This document shows positions 12,901 through 26,395 of a DNA stretch of 64,000 bases, piece by piece. The stretch comes from a virus, in IMG/VR virus record IMGVR_UViG_3300045988_160394, positions 192,001 through 256,000 of that record; one strand, written 5' to 3'. The translations under genes were made by a program, and so were the position numbers. Each line of letters starts with the position of its first letter. Position 1 is the first letter of the stretch. Below the pieces are notes generated by a model. It saw only the letters and a list, made by a program, of their open reading frames with translations, made no database searches and was not told where the DNA came from.

Positions 12901-15900
12901 CCAAACCTCATAGTTTTCATAGTGCCAGCTTTAGAATCTATATCTTCTAACATAGAATCTATTTTCATTATTTGTTGTTGAATAGCACTTTTCTCACTAG
13001 GGTCGGTAGACTTAATCATTTGCTTTTCTAGTCCTATTCTTTCTTTTTTTAATTCTTTTTTTGTTTTTAACATTTCAAAGTATTCTGCTGTTACACCTGT
13101 TTGTGTTTCTGCATCTCTAACATATTTTACGTTCTCTCTAGTATTAGTACCTATAGCAACTTTAGCATCTTTTATAAACTTACCATCAACAGTTATATCT
13201 TTTTGTATAGTAGCATATGAACCAATAGCTTCTTTTTTGTATTCATATTTACCATCTTTATTCATAATATAAATATCTTTAGCTACTAATCTATCATTTT
13301 CATCCATATCTTCTAATTCTTCATCTAAAGATTTTATTAATGCTGTAAACTTATCTTTATCTAATGATGTAGTTTTATTAACAGAATAAAATTTATCATC
13401 TATAAAGAATCTACCTTTCTTTTGTTTAACGCCTATAGATTCATAGCTTTTAGTGTCTTTATTTAAATCATATTGTTCTATAAATTGAAATGCTTTATTA
13501 GAATTTATTTTATCTACAATAAAATCTACAGCATCTTTCTCTGAACCATATTTCTTACCTAAGCTGTTAATAGCTTTAGATAATAATCCTTCATACATTT
13601 GTCCTATATTACCGTGCTTAGCTACGGCATCATTAGCTAATAAATGAGTTTTATTTTTTAGTATCTTATCGAATAATAATGCAGAATGCATATTTCTTTC
13701 TACAGTTATAGCTTTCTTTAAATCATCTAAAGATTCAAAACCTATTTTCTTAAGTGTACTTTCAGATAAATCTTTGTTTTTAAAGAATATAGCATCTACA
13801 GTTTCATTAGTAATTACTTTGTCTTTTACTATGTCCCAAGAATCTGTTTCTTTAAAAAATTGTTTTATCTTATTGTTGTATGATCCAGTAGAAGCATAAA
13901 CTATATCTGTCATACCTTTTTCTGCACCAGATGTCATTGTTTTAACATACCCCATAGCAGATATATCTTCTATAGCATATTGTCCAGTAATACCTTCTTT
14001 AGATAGTATCTTCTCTAACTTAGCAGCCATTTCTGCTTGAGTAAGAGGTTGATTGTTTTTATCTAAAAATTTAGATAAGTTCTTTCTTATTATTTTATTT
14101 ATATCTTCGTCTCTTAATTTAGTTCCATCACTTTCATAGAAGTTAAAATTGAAAACTCCATAATGCATTTTAGAAGCAAAGTCTACATTTCTTTCAGCAA
14201 AGCCTTTCCATTTAACAGCTGATTCACCTCTGCTTACTAATTTACCAGGAGAAGAATTGAATACTAATTCTCCATTTTTAAATTCAAAATTACCTCTATA
14301 GTTTAGTAATGCTTCTTGTTGTTTCTTTAAATCATTTCCTACTAATTCATTTAATAAAGCACTAACGTCATAATTTTTACTAAGCTTCTGAGTACTAGCT
14401 GTTCTTAATCCATAAGCAGCTTCATGCACTCTTGAATCTATAATTCTCTCTTGCTCAAAAGTAGATATTGAATTTCTTATATAGTTATAAGCTTTTTTCT
14501 CTATATCTTTTGTTTTTTCATCTACATTAGAATCTTTCATTACCTTAGCAAAGTTATTATCTATTAAAACTTGTAAAGCGTTGCTACTAACATATGTTGT
14601 ATCCATCATTACATCCGTAGTTGTTTTACCTAATCCAAAATAATTTCTCATAGTTCTTTTATCCATAATATCAGAACTTAAAGTATTACCAGCAGTAATT
14701 CCTAGTTTGGATTTCTTTATATCATCTACTCTTAATTGTAGAGCATTACCAGACTGAGTTATAGGTGGTCTTTGAGAATTATCAAAGATAGAGAATGTAG
14801 AGTTTCCTGGTCTATATCCTCTTATTCCTATAAGTGCAGATGTTTTATTTTCTTGACCAGTAAAACCTAATTCTTTAGTTAAAAAAGCAAATTCATTAGA
14901 TACGTTTTTGTCTTCTTTAATTTTATCTAATACAAAGTTAATATTCTTAATCAAATCTCTAGTCATTTCTGGATTAATATCTTCTAATGCTTTCTCTTCT
15001 TTTACATAATATTTAAGATGTTGTTTCATATTATCTAAGAATTCTTTATCAGCAAAATCTATTCCATCTACTATATGATTTAATTTTTGATTTTCTCCAA
15101 ACAAATCTACTAATACATTTTTTATATCTGATATATCTACTCCATAGTTTGAATCTATATCGTTACCTCCAAAACCATTTATGGTAGATCTACTTCTTAA
15201 TGAAGCATTATTTAAAGATACTAATCCTACTAATCTATCAAAACCTTCATCTTGGCCTTTCTTCTCTACTACTCTTTGTACGTTATTACTTATACTATAT
15301 CTATTAAGATTATCTAAAGATGAAGCAGAACCTCCTTTTACTTTTCTACCGTCAGCTTTGAAAGTTAACTTATTATTTACTTGTATTTTCATAGAACCTA
15401 ATTCTAAATACATAGTCTCAGAAGGATCATTGTATTTTATTTTAGGCATAATTAATTCCTCTGATCTACCATTTTTAAATAATAATAAAGAACCATCTTC
15501 TTGTACAGATATAGATGCTCCAAGTTTATCGGCAGTATGAACTACATCTTTTACATAAGTATTTAAATCTTTATATAAGTTGTCATACAATATCTGTTTA
15601 GTCCTATCACCTTTTTTTATTACATTTCTATTAGGTATATAATACTTTTCAACTAAACTTTTAGCATATCTTTCAGCAGATTTCTTAGTACCATCTAGAA
15701 CATTTATATTTGTTCTTTCAACTATATTATTTGCTATTTGTTGAATTATTGGTTTCATATTTTCACTATTTAAGTATCTAACAAATTCAGTATTACCTTC
15801 TAATGCTTTCATAAATGTTCTGCTACCATTTAATATTCCATTTGTAACATTAGACTCTTTAGCTTCTCTCATTCCTTCAATTATAGCTTCTGCTATTTGA

Positions 15901-18782
15901 TACGGATGATAATCTTTATCTTTAAAGCTATTTTTTGAACTAAACTTAAATTGTTTCTTTATATTTTTAAAAGCCTTTGTATCTTTTAAAACCTCATCTT
16001 CTTGTAACATAGCAAATAGTTTTTCAACTGCATCTTTTTCGTAAATTAAATTACCTTTTTTATCTTTACCATGAACAGCCTCTGTAGCTGTTTTTATTAT
16101 TGAGTAAGGGCTATTAACATCATTAAGATTAATCTTTAATATGTTTGCTGTATCTAATGATTTAGCAGTATCTATATAATTAATTCTTTTTCCTCTAATT
16201 ATCTTATCGTATTTTATTTCATATAGATTTTTAAAAGTATTAAAATCTGTTTGTAAATTAACGTCGCCTAATTTAATCATATCGGCAATATCATCATTAC
16301 CGCCTCTAAATTTGTTATTAAATATTCATTCAGCAGTCGTTCCTTTTACTTCTTTAACTGTTCTATTAAATAATTCTTGTTTAACACTTTCAGCCGTTTT
16401 AGGATCTTTAAATACTTCAGTAGCTTCTAAAGCTTCTATTATATTTTTAAACATATTACCATAGCTATTAACCATTTCTAATCCTGTAGCATTATTATCA
16501 ACAGTTGATTGTAATAATCTCATTACATCATTTTTACTATGTCCTAAAGTAGCTATAATCATTTCTTGTGATTTTATTAATTGAGCATTACTAAGTTCCA
16601 TAGCCATTTGCCCTTTAGAAACTCTTTCTGCCATGATAAGAGATATATCTCTACCTGTAATATCCATGTTCAATTCTTTAGATAAGTTTTCTTGTAGATC
16701 AAGTACATTCTTTATTTTCTTATAAGAATTATCTCTAAACATAGAGTTGTCTGCTCTAGAAATTAATTTCTTTTCATTATCAGCTAATACAACTCTATTA
16801 AATAACTCAGTATCAGAAAGACCTTCTTCATTAACTGGTTTAAAGACAACTTTATTAGTTTCTTTATTTTTGTTAATTTCTCTAATATCAAATCTGTCTT
16901 TCATTCCTTTTTTGATTTGAATTCCATTATCTGTTCTTTCTGCAACAATATCAAAGTTACCGCTTAAAAAAGCATTCATCTCTTTTTCTGATTTAAATAT
17001 TAGATTTTGTGTTAAATCTCCTAGTCTTGTTGTAGTTGCGTAATCATCATGTACTGCCATGTTTAATTGAACTTGATAAAGTTTTTTACCAGAATATTCA
17101 GGGGCTATATCTCCCATCATTGTTCTCAATTCATCTGTTAGTTCTATTTCTCTTATATTAGATATATCGTAAAAAGAACCTTTATTAATTCCGAAACCTG
17201 CACTAAAGTTTTCATGCATAGCTCCACCAGCTGCTTGTAAGGCTTCATCTCCTTTACCTAGTAAATGATTATCAGCTGTATATATAGTTCCTGTACTTTT
17301 ACTTTGTGCAAAGTTGAAATAATTTCTTCCACCATAACTAGTACTAACTCCTTTTTTAGCTTGAAGTATTTGCTTACCAGGAGTTAATACTGTATCTTCT
17401 GTTTTTATATTTTCTATTAAATTGTTTATGTGCTCTATAACAGATACATTCCCTGGAAGACTTTCTGATTTCTTTGTAAAAAACCATGATAATCCAGTAA
17501 CGTCATCTTCAGCCATATGAGGTTTTAGTCCTTCACTATTAAACAAACCTCCATAATGTTTTTGTAATAAGTATTCCTGTCCTCTTACTTTATCTATATC
17601 TCCTATTTTTGCATTTCCATATACAGAAGATAATGAATTATAATCTGTTGCTAATTTAACTCCACCTAAAACATCTAGATCTGCATAAGATGGAATATTA
17701 AAGCCAACTCTTTTACTTTCGAAATAATTATTTAATTTTCCATTATAATCGTTATTCCATTTTAATAACATATTATTTAAAATAAGTTCGTCAAACGCAT
17801 TACTGTTAAAACCAGAAATCATTGCTTTTTTATTATTAACAGCTGTTTGAGCTTTACTTATAGTTTGTGTAACTTTTAATATATCTGCTTTTATTCCATC
17901 AATTTCTCCTGTTTGATGATAAACATTATTTAAAACTTCTGCTCCTTTTTCTATAACTGAAATATCTTTATAGTTATTTCTATCTACATTAGGGAAATTA
18001 GTTGCTTTAAAATATTTTTCTCCTTTAACTTTTTCATATTTAAAATCTTTATCTGCATATTTAGCTAAACGCATAGCTGTTACTTTTAATTCTTCGTCAC
18101 TATCTATAGTTCCATTTTCTATAGCCTTTCTTATTTTATTTACAGTTTCTTCTTTTTCTTTATCTGACATTCCTATAAGTACACTTACATTATCTATTAC
18201 CTTACCTGTTTTAACGTCATATTCTTGCATAGCAAATTCTGTAATAGCATTAGGTCTTCATATATTATTTTTATCTTTTCCTCCAAGAGTTTCTAAGTCC
18301 CAAACAAAAAGACTTCCTCCATTACTTTTTAGAGAGTTAAAATATTTATAAGATTCTTTTCATGAATTGATAGATTCATTAGCAGAACCTCTTTGTTTAC
18401 TATGAACAACATTACCTAAATTCTTTATTGTTAATCCTAACATATTCTCTGATGAATTAGATTTATCACCTATTATTTCAAAGAAGTTTAATCCTTTATC
18501 TCCGATGTTGGTTAATTGTCTAAGCTTTTCTGTTATTACATCTATATCGCCAGTAGCAACTTTTTTATTTCATGTATACTTATGCTTATTAATAAACATA
18601 TGGTCAGAATCTTTTATTAAATACTTACCACTATGTAATAATTCTATTGTTCTATTTATTTCTTCTATAGCCGCATTTTCTTTATTTATATCTACTTTTT
18701 TTGAAGCTTCAATGTTACGTTGAGCTATACGGATTCTATCCATAGTAGTTCCAACTATATTAGTTGATTTATTATTAGCCAT
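9942..18782 (-). CDS. giant two-barrel RNA-polymerase-like protein with N-terminal DEDD (DnaQ-like) exonuclease motifs, 2946 aa, 5 in-frame TGA; candidate virion RNAP
   Basis: Fragments 9942..11903, 11955..16280, 16326..18230 and 18570..18782, plus the unlisted stretch 18231-18569, are in one frame. They are joined by TGAs at 11955, 16326, 18258, 18360 and 18570; linkers were hand-translated. RBS AGAGGTGG precedes ATG 18782; stop is TAA. Beta-prime-like motif: DRYPNTRNN...LKANADQDGDSLS (NADQDGD at about 11664-11684; compare universal NADFDGD). Beta-like motif: NDAVAKHGNIGQ (about 13600-13640; compare GDKxAGRHGNKG). Exonuclease motifs: Exo I LFVWDLETLGG (about 18282-18310), Exo II GFNSNAFDELILNN (about 17781-17820), Exo III HMAEDDVTGL (about 17491-17526). 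Confidence 0.8.
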
Positions 18783-18831
18783 TATTCCACCTCTTTAAAT
18801 ACACTTATTTCATTATTAATTATTATATTAT

Positions 18832-18860
18832 ATAAAAATAAGACCGCCTTGTATAAGACG
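18832..18860 (-). terminator. candidate rho-independent terminator after the small membrane-protein gene
   Basis: On the minus strand, CGUCUU-AUACA-AAGGCG forms 6 bp including one G-U. It is followed by GUCUUAUUUUUAUAU. The G-U makes the structure strand-specific. Confidence 0.45.
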
Positions 18861-18873
18861 ATCTTAAAAATAA

Positions 18874-19188
18874 TTATAATACAATACCTAGTTTAATCAG
18901 GATACTGTTCATTCTATTAACTTCTTTTCTAAGTTCAGAATTTTCTTTTGTCAAAGTTTCTATCTTTTCTTCTAGAATCTTTGTTTGTTTAGCATATTCT
19001 TCTTTAACTTTTGAGTTTTCTATTGAAAGCTTTTCTATCATCAACATAAGTTGTTCGTTAGCTGTTAAAATAAGATCTTGCTTTTTATTATTTTTGTTAA
19101 TTCATAAACCATACATAGTTCCGATTAAAGTTATTAATGCAACAATAATAGTAGCATCAATTGAATTTAAACTAGTTAGAATATCCAT
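18874..19188 (-). CDS. small membrane-anchored coiled-coil protein, 104 aa, 1 in-frame TGA (19102)
   Basis: RBS AAGGGGTG precedes ATG 19186-19188. Hydrophobic N-terminal segment IIVALITLIGTMYGL-W, then a heptad-like K/E-rich region. TAA at 18874-18876. Absent from the track because the TGA splits it. Confidence 0.6.
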
Positions 19189-19209
19189 AAAAACACCCCT
19201 TAGTTAATA

Positions 19210-22200
19210 TTAAAATAACATTGAAACCAATCCTTGAATACCTGATTGGACACCGTATTCGCCTATTTTTTTAACATCACTAGCAGTTTGACTTATGTCT
19301 CCAACTATTCATAGTCCTGGTGCACTAGTAGGACTCATAGATATATTTTGTAAAGAAACTCCTAATCCAGACATTGCTGTTACCATATTAGAAGCATATT
19401 TGATACCACCTGTACCTTTATCAAATTTATGAATGTCTGGTGCATCTTGATATTGAGCTTTTCCTTTCTCTGATTCGTAATATCCGAAATCAGATAATAA
19501 CATACCTTCGTTCTGAATAGTTTTCATTTTAACATGTTTCAAATTAACGTTAGGTTTCCAACCTCTTCAGTTCATACCAGGTAGTTTATGCTTTTTGAAA
19601 AACTTCCTGTTACTATCTACTTTTTTTACTTTCTCTCTTCAAGCTATTTGTAGAGGTTTCCTTAAATATTCTGGTAAAGATTTAAGGATTTTTTTTCTTT
19701 CGTTCTTATCAGTTTCATTCATAAAGTTTATAAAATAATCTTTATATTGATCTGGTATTGACGCTAAGATTTCATCTTGTGTAGCTCCTTCTGATAATCC
19801 ATAAATAGTAGATTCCATTGCTTTCTTGTAAGCAACTGCTGCCTTAGTATACTTACCACCTTTAAGCATGGTTTGTTGTGATTGTAAAGCCTGTATCTTA
19901 TTGTTAATCTTCATCATTTGTTGATCATATTCATATCCACCAGCTGTATATTTATTACTCAACTTTTCGGCCTTTTTAATCAATTTAGCAACTTTTTCTT
20001 TATTTTTATCTATTTTTCTAAAAGCTTTCTTTATATTTACGCTTCCTTCGAAAACAAAAGCTCTTAAAGCAGCTTGATTATATAAGCCTTTATATTTCAC
20101 ATATTCTAATCTATCAAAATATTCATCTAGTTCAAATTTCTTTTCAACTTTCTTAGGTATTCATTTTCTTCTAAACATGTCTTTATCAAAATCAGGATTC
20201 TTAATAGCTGATACACCTAATCCAACTAAAGCACCTATAGCTGCACCTTTACCATGTCCTAATTCATCTAATTTTAAATATCTAGATAATGTTTCTCCAG
20301 CAAAAGCAAATGATGCTGTTGCTTTCAATGGATTTTCAGCATTATTTCATCCTCATGCTAAAGACCCTAAAACTGCTCCAACTTCTGCTCCTACTTCTAT
20401 ATTAGTTTTCTTTCTTATATTAGTAGTTCTAACTCCTAAGTTCCATAAAGCAGCAGTACCCATTCCAAGTAAAGCTGTAGGGTTAGTTGCAGCCATTAAT
20501 GCTCCTGCTCCATATTTTAAATAAGATTCACTAGTTAGTTTCCCTATATTCATAAATAAAGCAGCGGAAGCTACTGCACCTGCATGTTGTAACATAGACT
20601 GTCCTGATATTCTATTAAACGCAGGTTTTACGAATCCTTCAATAGGATGATCCCAAGTAGTTAATGAGTTACCATAAATTTGTTCATTCATGAAAGATTC
20701 TCTAGCTGTTTCTATTTTTAAATACTTATTATGAAGGAATGGAATATTAGCATGACCAATAACTTCTTGAATAGCTCCTAATGTTTCTTGCATAGCTGAA
20801 ACATTTGCTAAATAACCTATGGCACTTGTATCTTCTTTATCTTTAGTTGCCATTCCTCTTTCTATTAATGTCTTGTTAATATTAGTTCCTAATCCATCTG
20901 TATCATATATAACAGCATTAGTAATTAATCCATCTTCTAATCTTTTTATAGCATTAGCTGATGTTCTATAGTTAATATGTTGACCTACATCTAATACATC
21001 ATGGACATCAGCATCTTTATCTAAAACAATACCTCCAAGATTAAGTTTTTCTCCTGAAGCTAATTCTACAATAGAACCATTGATGCTTTTAACTACACCT
21101 TTTTTCATTTTTACATTATTACGTATATATCTGTAATTAAAGAATTCATGGTTCCCTGACATTTTATTAGCCCTTTGTTGAATCTCTTTCATCTCTTCTA
21201 TTAACTCAGGGTCTTTTACAGTATTTCTAGCAATGTTTCTCCATATCTTATATTCTTGTGATGATGGTGCTATGTCTGCTAATATTTTAAATCTATCAAA
21301 TGCACCATATTCACCAAACTCATCTGAATGAAGTTTATTAAGAGTTTCGTATCCTTTACCAGGTAATCTCATTTCTCCTTTAGGTAATGAAGTAAATGGG
21401 TCCCCTGTTAAGAATCTTTCAGGTAATCATTCAGGCATATTATTTCTTAATGGATTATATCTAATAATAGACTTATCTTCTGATGGAAAGAAACGTCTAG
21501 CTATCTCCATTAATTCTCCACCAAAACCACCTATTTGAGAATCTCAGAATCCTCTAGAGAAACTTGTCATTGCTCCTGCATCAGCATATCTCATTTTATA
21601 GCTATCTTCTCCAAAAGCAAAGTCTCCTAAGAATCCATATATACCAGATAGCTGTTTAGCAGAATATATTCCATCTTGCATAAAATTAGTTACAAGACTT
21701 TTATTAACCAAACCAGGGTCATATATATCACTATAATATTCTGAATTTCTAACATTCATTTGATTAACAAGATTAGTGTATACATAAGTACCTTTAGTCT
21801 TATCAGGTAATACACCTTTATTGTATGCTGGGTTAGATTCATAACCAGTTAAATAATTCGCTGCTTTTTTAATATACTTATTTAATCCAGAAACTATTTG
21901 TCTAGCTATTACTCCTGTTTCTTGAGATTGGCTAGATATTGTTTGTACAATAGGGCTATTAGGATCTATTGCTTGTGTTTTATCGAATGCTGGATTAACA
22001 TCTCCATTAGGAACATTTAAATGATTAAAAGATTCAACATCATTTTCTACAAAACCTACTCCAGGAGAAGAAACTTCTCCATGAGAAATGTTTATATTCA
22101 TATGGCCGTCTCCTGGATTACCATATGGAACATACTTAGCATTTCTTACATCAGTACCTTCAAAAATTAAAACATCATCATTTTTATTTCCTCTAGCTTT

Positions 22201-25200
22201 AATTTTTTCGTTAATGTGTTTTAGTACCGTTCTTATATCTCTTCCATCACTACCTAATCTTTTCTTTACTTCAGGAAGCATTCTTACTGGTTTTATCATT
22301 TCTCCTAAAGTTGGATTAAGTATAGCTCCTCAAGGAGTACCTTCAGTAAATAGTTTTCCTGTTAAAGGATAAGGTCTATCATCCATATGTTTTTTCTCTA
22401 ACCAATATGGATCTAAGAATGCTCTTATAGGACTTAGAGGATGTCTAATTGTTGGTATTCAACTATGTTTCCATTTTTCATTTTCTGAACCATATATACT
22501 AACGTCTTTATAATTACTATGAGCTCTTCTTAAATAGTTAGGTTGATAGTATTGAACTGATCCTCCTCTAAATTCATTAGCTGAACCAAAGCCCCAGAAA
22601 CGTCCTCTTCTAACAACTGATACTCCATTTTCATATCATTCTTTTCTTTCATCAGCATCTTGAAATTCATTTGTTCCTGTCCAATACTCTCCTATTATAG
22701 ATGATTCTTTAGCTCAGTTAATAGCTTGACCTATACCAGTAGCATAAGCTAATTTTCTTGCTGCTATATCTACATTGGAAACTGCATTAGCTGCTGCTCC
22801 AGTAATAGAAACTCCAGTAAAGTTTTCTGATTCAAAATTAAGATAATCATATAGCTTATAAGCAGCCATTACTGGCAATACTCTTTTAAGACCTATATTT
22901 TTAATTAATTCTAAAGTAGAACCTGTATTTTCTGATGATAGATTTAATCCTACTCCTTCTAATCCTCACATTAATCTTGCAACCATAAATTGAGGTATTT
23001 GAGTAAGGGATGTGTAGTTGCTTAAATCACCATTTCTACTAGCTAGTATTTCCTTACCTGCTTGGCCTGCTAATTTAATAGCATCGTTTATTGATTTGAT
23101 TTGTCCTAATCTTGATAAAGCAGATTCTCTATTAAAAGTATAGTTGTCATACTCATTTATATAAGTTTCATTTAAACTACCAAAAGTCTTATCATAAATA
23201 TTAGTTCTAGATCCTAAATCGTCTATCATATTTATGTATTCTTGTTTAAACGTAGGACTAGTAGTTAATAAGTCATCTAGTTTTTTTAATGGAGAACCTT
23301 CTCCTATTAATTGATTAAGATGCAAATCCTGGTCAAAGTCATTATAGATTTCTAAGTTCTTTTGCATAATAGACCAGTTAGCAAGATATCTTAAATTCTT
23401 TTGTTGTTCTAAAGTTAAGTTAGAGTTTTGTAGAACCTTTTCTAAATTAACTATTCCAGATTTAACTCCACCATTAGATTCTCTTAACATAACTTCTTTA
23501 AGAGCTTCTCTTCTAATAACGTTTTCTGCATCTAATACATTAGTAGACGAAACAGAATATCCAAATATACTTTTACTATCTACTTGAGATATGTTTTGCA
23601 TATTCATTAAATGGTCTATATTAGATAAACCTTTATTAAATATATTGTTTAAATCCTGATTAAAGAAATTACTTTCTCCTGAATTATTTATTAAATGTAA
23701 TAATTCTTCAGCATTTTCATACTCTTTATTATTTAAAATATTAAGTATTCTTAACGATTCTTTATCTGTTATTGCTCCAGAATGTATCAATGAAGATATA
23801 GAAGAATCAGTCACTTGTTGAGAAGCAGTTATATCATTTAATATAGATGATAATTTTTTATTATCTTCTAATACCATATTTGCTATATTTGCAGAAGCTT
23901 CTAATAAACTTTCTTCTGAAAAATCCATTCCTTTTGCTTCAGCATAAACGTAAGATAGTTGATCTATTTTTTCTTCTGTACTTAAATCACTACCTATAAA
24001 TCTTTTTACTCTTAATAGCTTGTCTTTAACTCTATCTTGGTCTTTCTTACTATTGCCAGTAAAAATGTCTTTTATTTTATTAAACATAGTATAGGAACCA
24101 GTTTGATCAATGTCTAATTTTTTAGCAAGCTCATTATCACTTGCTGTTAATATGTCTTTATTAGTACCTAAGAACTCTTTTGTTAATCTAGCCCCTTTAC
24201 CATGCATATTATTATTTATAATACCATCTGCTATCTTATCTGAAAGAACTAAATTGCCTTGTTCATCTAAAACAGTTTCAAACAACTTTGCTTTTTTAGT
24301 ACTAGCGTTACCTATAGCTATTTTAGAAGTGAAAGCAGTTGTACTAGTATTTCCTTCTTCATAAGCTCCTAATAATGAAGTATTTAAAGCTTTAAAGTTA
24401 ACGAATATAGGATTACTCTTTTTTAATTTTATAGCATCTGTTAATCCAAATATTCTACCTAGAGTACTTACTGAAAAGTCATCTATAGCTTTATTAGCCA
24501 TATCTCTTACTTCGGCCGTACTATATATTTCACCATTTCTATTTATTCTAATAGCTTTATCAAAGATAGTATTGTCATCTAATTCAGGCATTTTATCAAT
24601 AAAGTCTTTTAAATTCTTTTTGACTAATCTACCATTTTCATCTTTAGTTACATAATCAAACATTCTAGGATTATAGTCTTTAGACTCAGTAAACTTTTTA
24701 AAGTCTCCAAGAGTCATTGCTTTATCTCCAGAAAATAATAGTTCACTATCTATTTCTAAACCTAAAACATTCTTTGCGAATTTATCTACTTTACCAAAGA
24801 TAGTATCACTTGTTTTCTTATTATCTAATAAGCTATTTCTTAATTCTTTATCTACTTGTTCTCTTATCTTTCTAGTCTTAGAAAAGTTATTTCTTACTTT
24901 TTCAGATATATCTTTTTTAGAATTATATATATATTCTAAGAATTCTTGTTTCTCTTCATTAGAGAAATTCATCTTATTGAAATGCTTATCTAAGAAATTA
25001 GAAAAAGCTATCTTATTATCTTTAGATACTACTGCATTTTCATTTATTTTTTCATAAGCCTCTAAAGCAGTATTTTTAATCGTAACTGGATTTCTTTCGA
25101 TGTTTTCTTTTTTTGTATATTTAGCAATAAGCTTAAATACTTCTTGTTTCTTTAATTCAGTTTCATAGTTAGCTTTAATACCTCTAATAGCATCTGAAGC

Positions 25201-25575
25201 TCTTACTTGATCTATGTTTTTTATTTGACCAAATAAATTATTTTTTCTAGTACTGTTAAATTTAAAAGAATCTTTTCTAAGTTTTCTTTCTTCTTCAAAA
25301 GTCTTTTTGCCTAATCGGAAAGCATCTCTTAAATCTTCACCAATAGTTCTTTTATCTAATCCTGTTCTAGTTGCTTTTAAATCTCTAAGCTCTTTATTAG
25401 CTTTTTTAATAGCCGTTTTAGCAGAAGGAATAAATTCACTTGATAAAGTTCTTTTTAAAGATGTATTATTAAAAACAGCTGCACCGCCTCCTATGGCTAA
25501 TGCAGCTGCTCCAACTTTGGCGACTTTACTAACTGTAGAAGAATCTCTTTCTTTATCTCTTCTTTTTTTAGCCAA
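19210..25575 (-). CDS. tape-measure-like giant tail protein, 2121 aa, 13 in-frame TGA, TTG start
   Basis: Fragments 19309..19542, 19639..20100, 20353..21372, 21544..22299 and 22966..25575 are co-framed. I scanned every linker triplet by triplet and found only TGA, never TAA/TAG. RBS AGAGGTGA precedes TTG 25575; stop is TAA 19210-19212. Supporting features: long helical repeats, Gly-zipper hydrophobic segments (GHGKGAAIGALVGLGVSAI), and a position directly after two chaperone-like genes and downstream of sheath and tube. Confidence 0.75.
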
Positions 25576-25597
25576 GTATTATCACCTCTTTATTGTT

Positions 25598-26392
25598 TTA
25601 TCTCAAAGCCACTGGTACTGTACTAGCAGATTGACTTTCATATCCAGTAAACATAGCATCGGCATCCCAATCTATATCTGGATACATTTTTCTAAAATCT
25701 AAGTATTGTTTATACTCACTTTCAGTCATTTCTCTTGATCCAACTTTTATTTTAGCAGAGCCATCTGAATAATGTTGAGATGCTTTTTGTTCTACATGCT
25801 CTTCATCATTTTCATCATGGTCTTCATAATATTCTTCTTCATCATCTGTTTCTATATTAGCTCTTAAGAAATCTGCTAAATCATTTTGTAATTCAAGATT
25901 TCTAAATGTAGTTAAGTTATATTCTGCTTTTACAAACATCTTGCAGAATTTAATCATATCTCATTCTTCTATTTCTTCTATTCTATAATTAGGGAAAGCT
26001 TCTGCTATTATACAAGTCATTTGTGAATCCATCTCTTGTAATTCTTCCCTAAAAGAATTTAATAACTGTAGTATCTGATCTGCTCTTAAAAATGAGTTAT
26101 CTAATATTTGTTCGTAAAGTAAGCTAGGAATGCCTGCTTCTATTTCATCCAAATCAATTTCAGTAGGATATAAAAGGGTAGCTTCAATTATTTCATCTTC
26201 TTTCTCTATTTGTTCAAGCTGATTATTTAATATAATGCTTTTATATTCTTTTCTATTAAGAGGTCTATATATGAAGTTATATCCTCCTATATCAGCAAAA
26301 AAAATAACTTCATGTTTAGACATTAAATCTTTAACTACTGCATCGAAATCAGCTTCTTGTTGTCTATTTTTAGAAGCGTTTGATATTTTCAT
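25598..26392 (-). CDS. tail assembly chaperone-like protein, 264 aa, 1 in-frame TGA (25961)
   Basis: ORFs 25961..26392 and 25598..25957 are in frame across one TGA (EEIEE-W-DMIKF). The N-terminal part is paralogous to the upstream gene (FIYRPLNRKEYKSII vs IIWKRLKRSEYKEIL). Acidic C-terminus. Lies immediately upstream of the tape measure. Confidence 0.65.
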
Positions 26393-26395
26393 ATT

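Noticed and set aside
22931-22937. Additional CTGATGA words (also 35891-35897) as further hammerhead cores
   Set aside because: No adjacent GAAA plus stem III / GUC arrangement and no flanking helices. Both lie on the antisense strand of coding sequence, so they are most likely chance occurrences.
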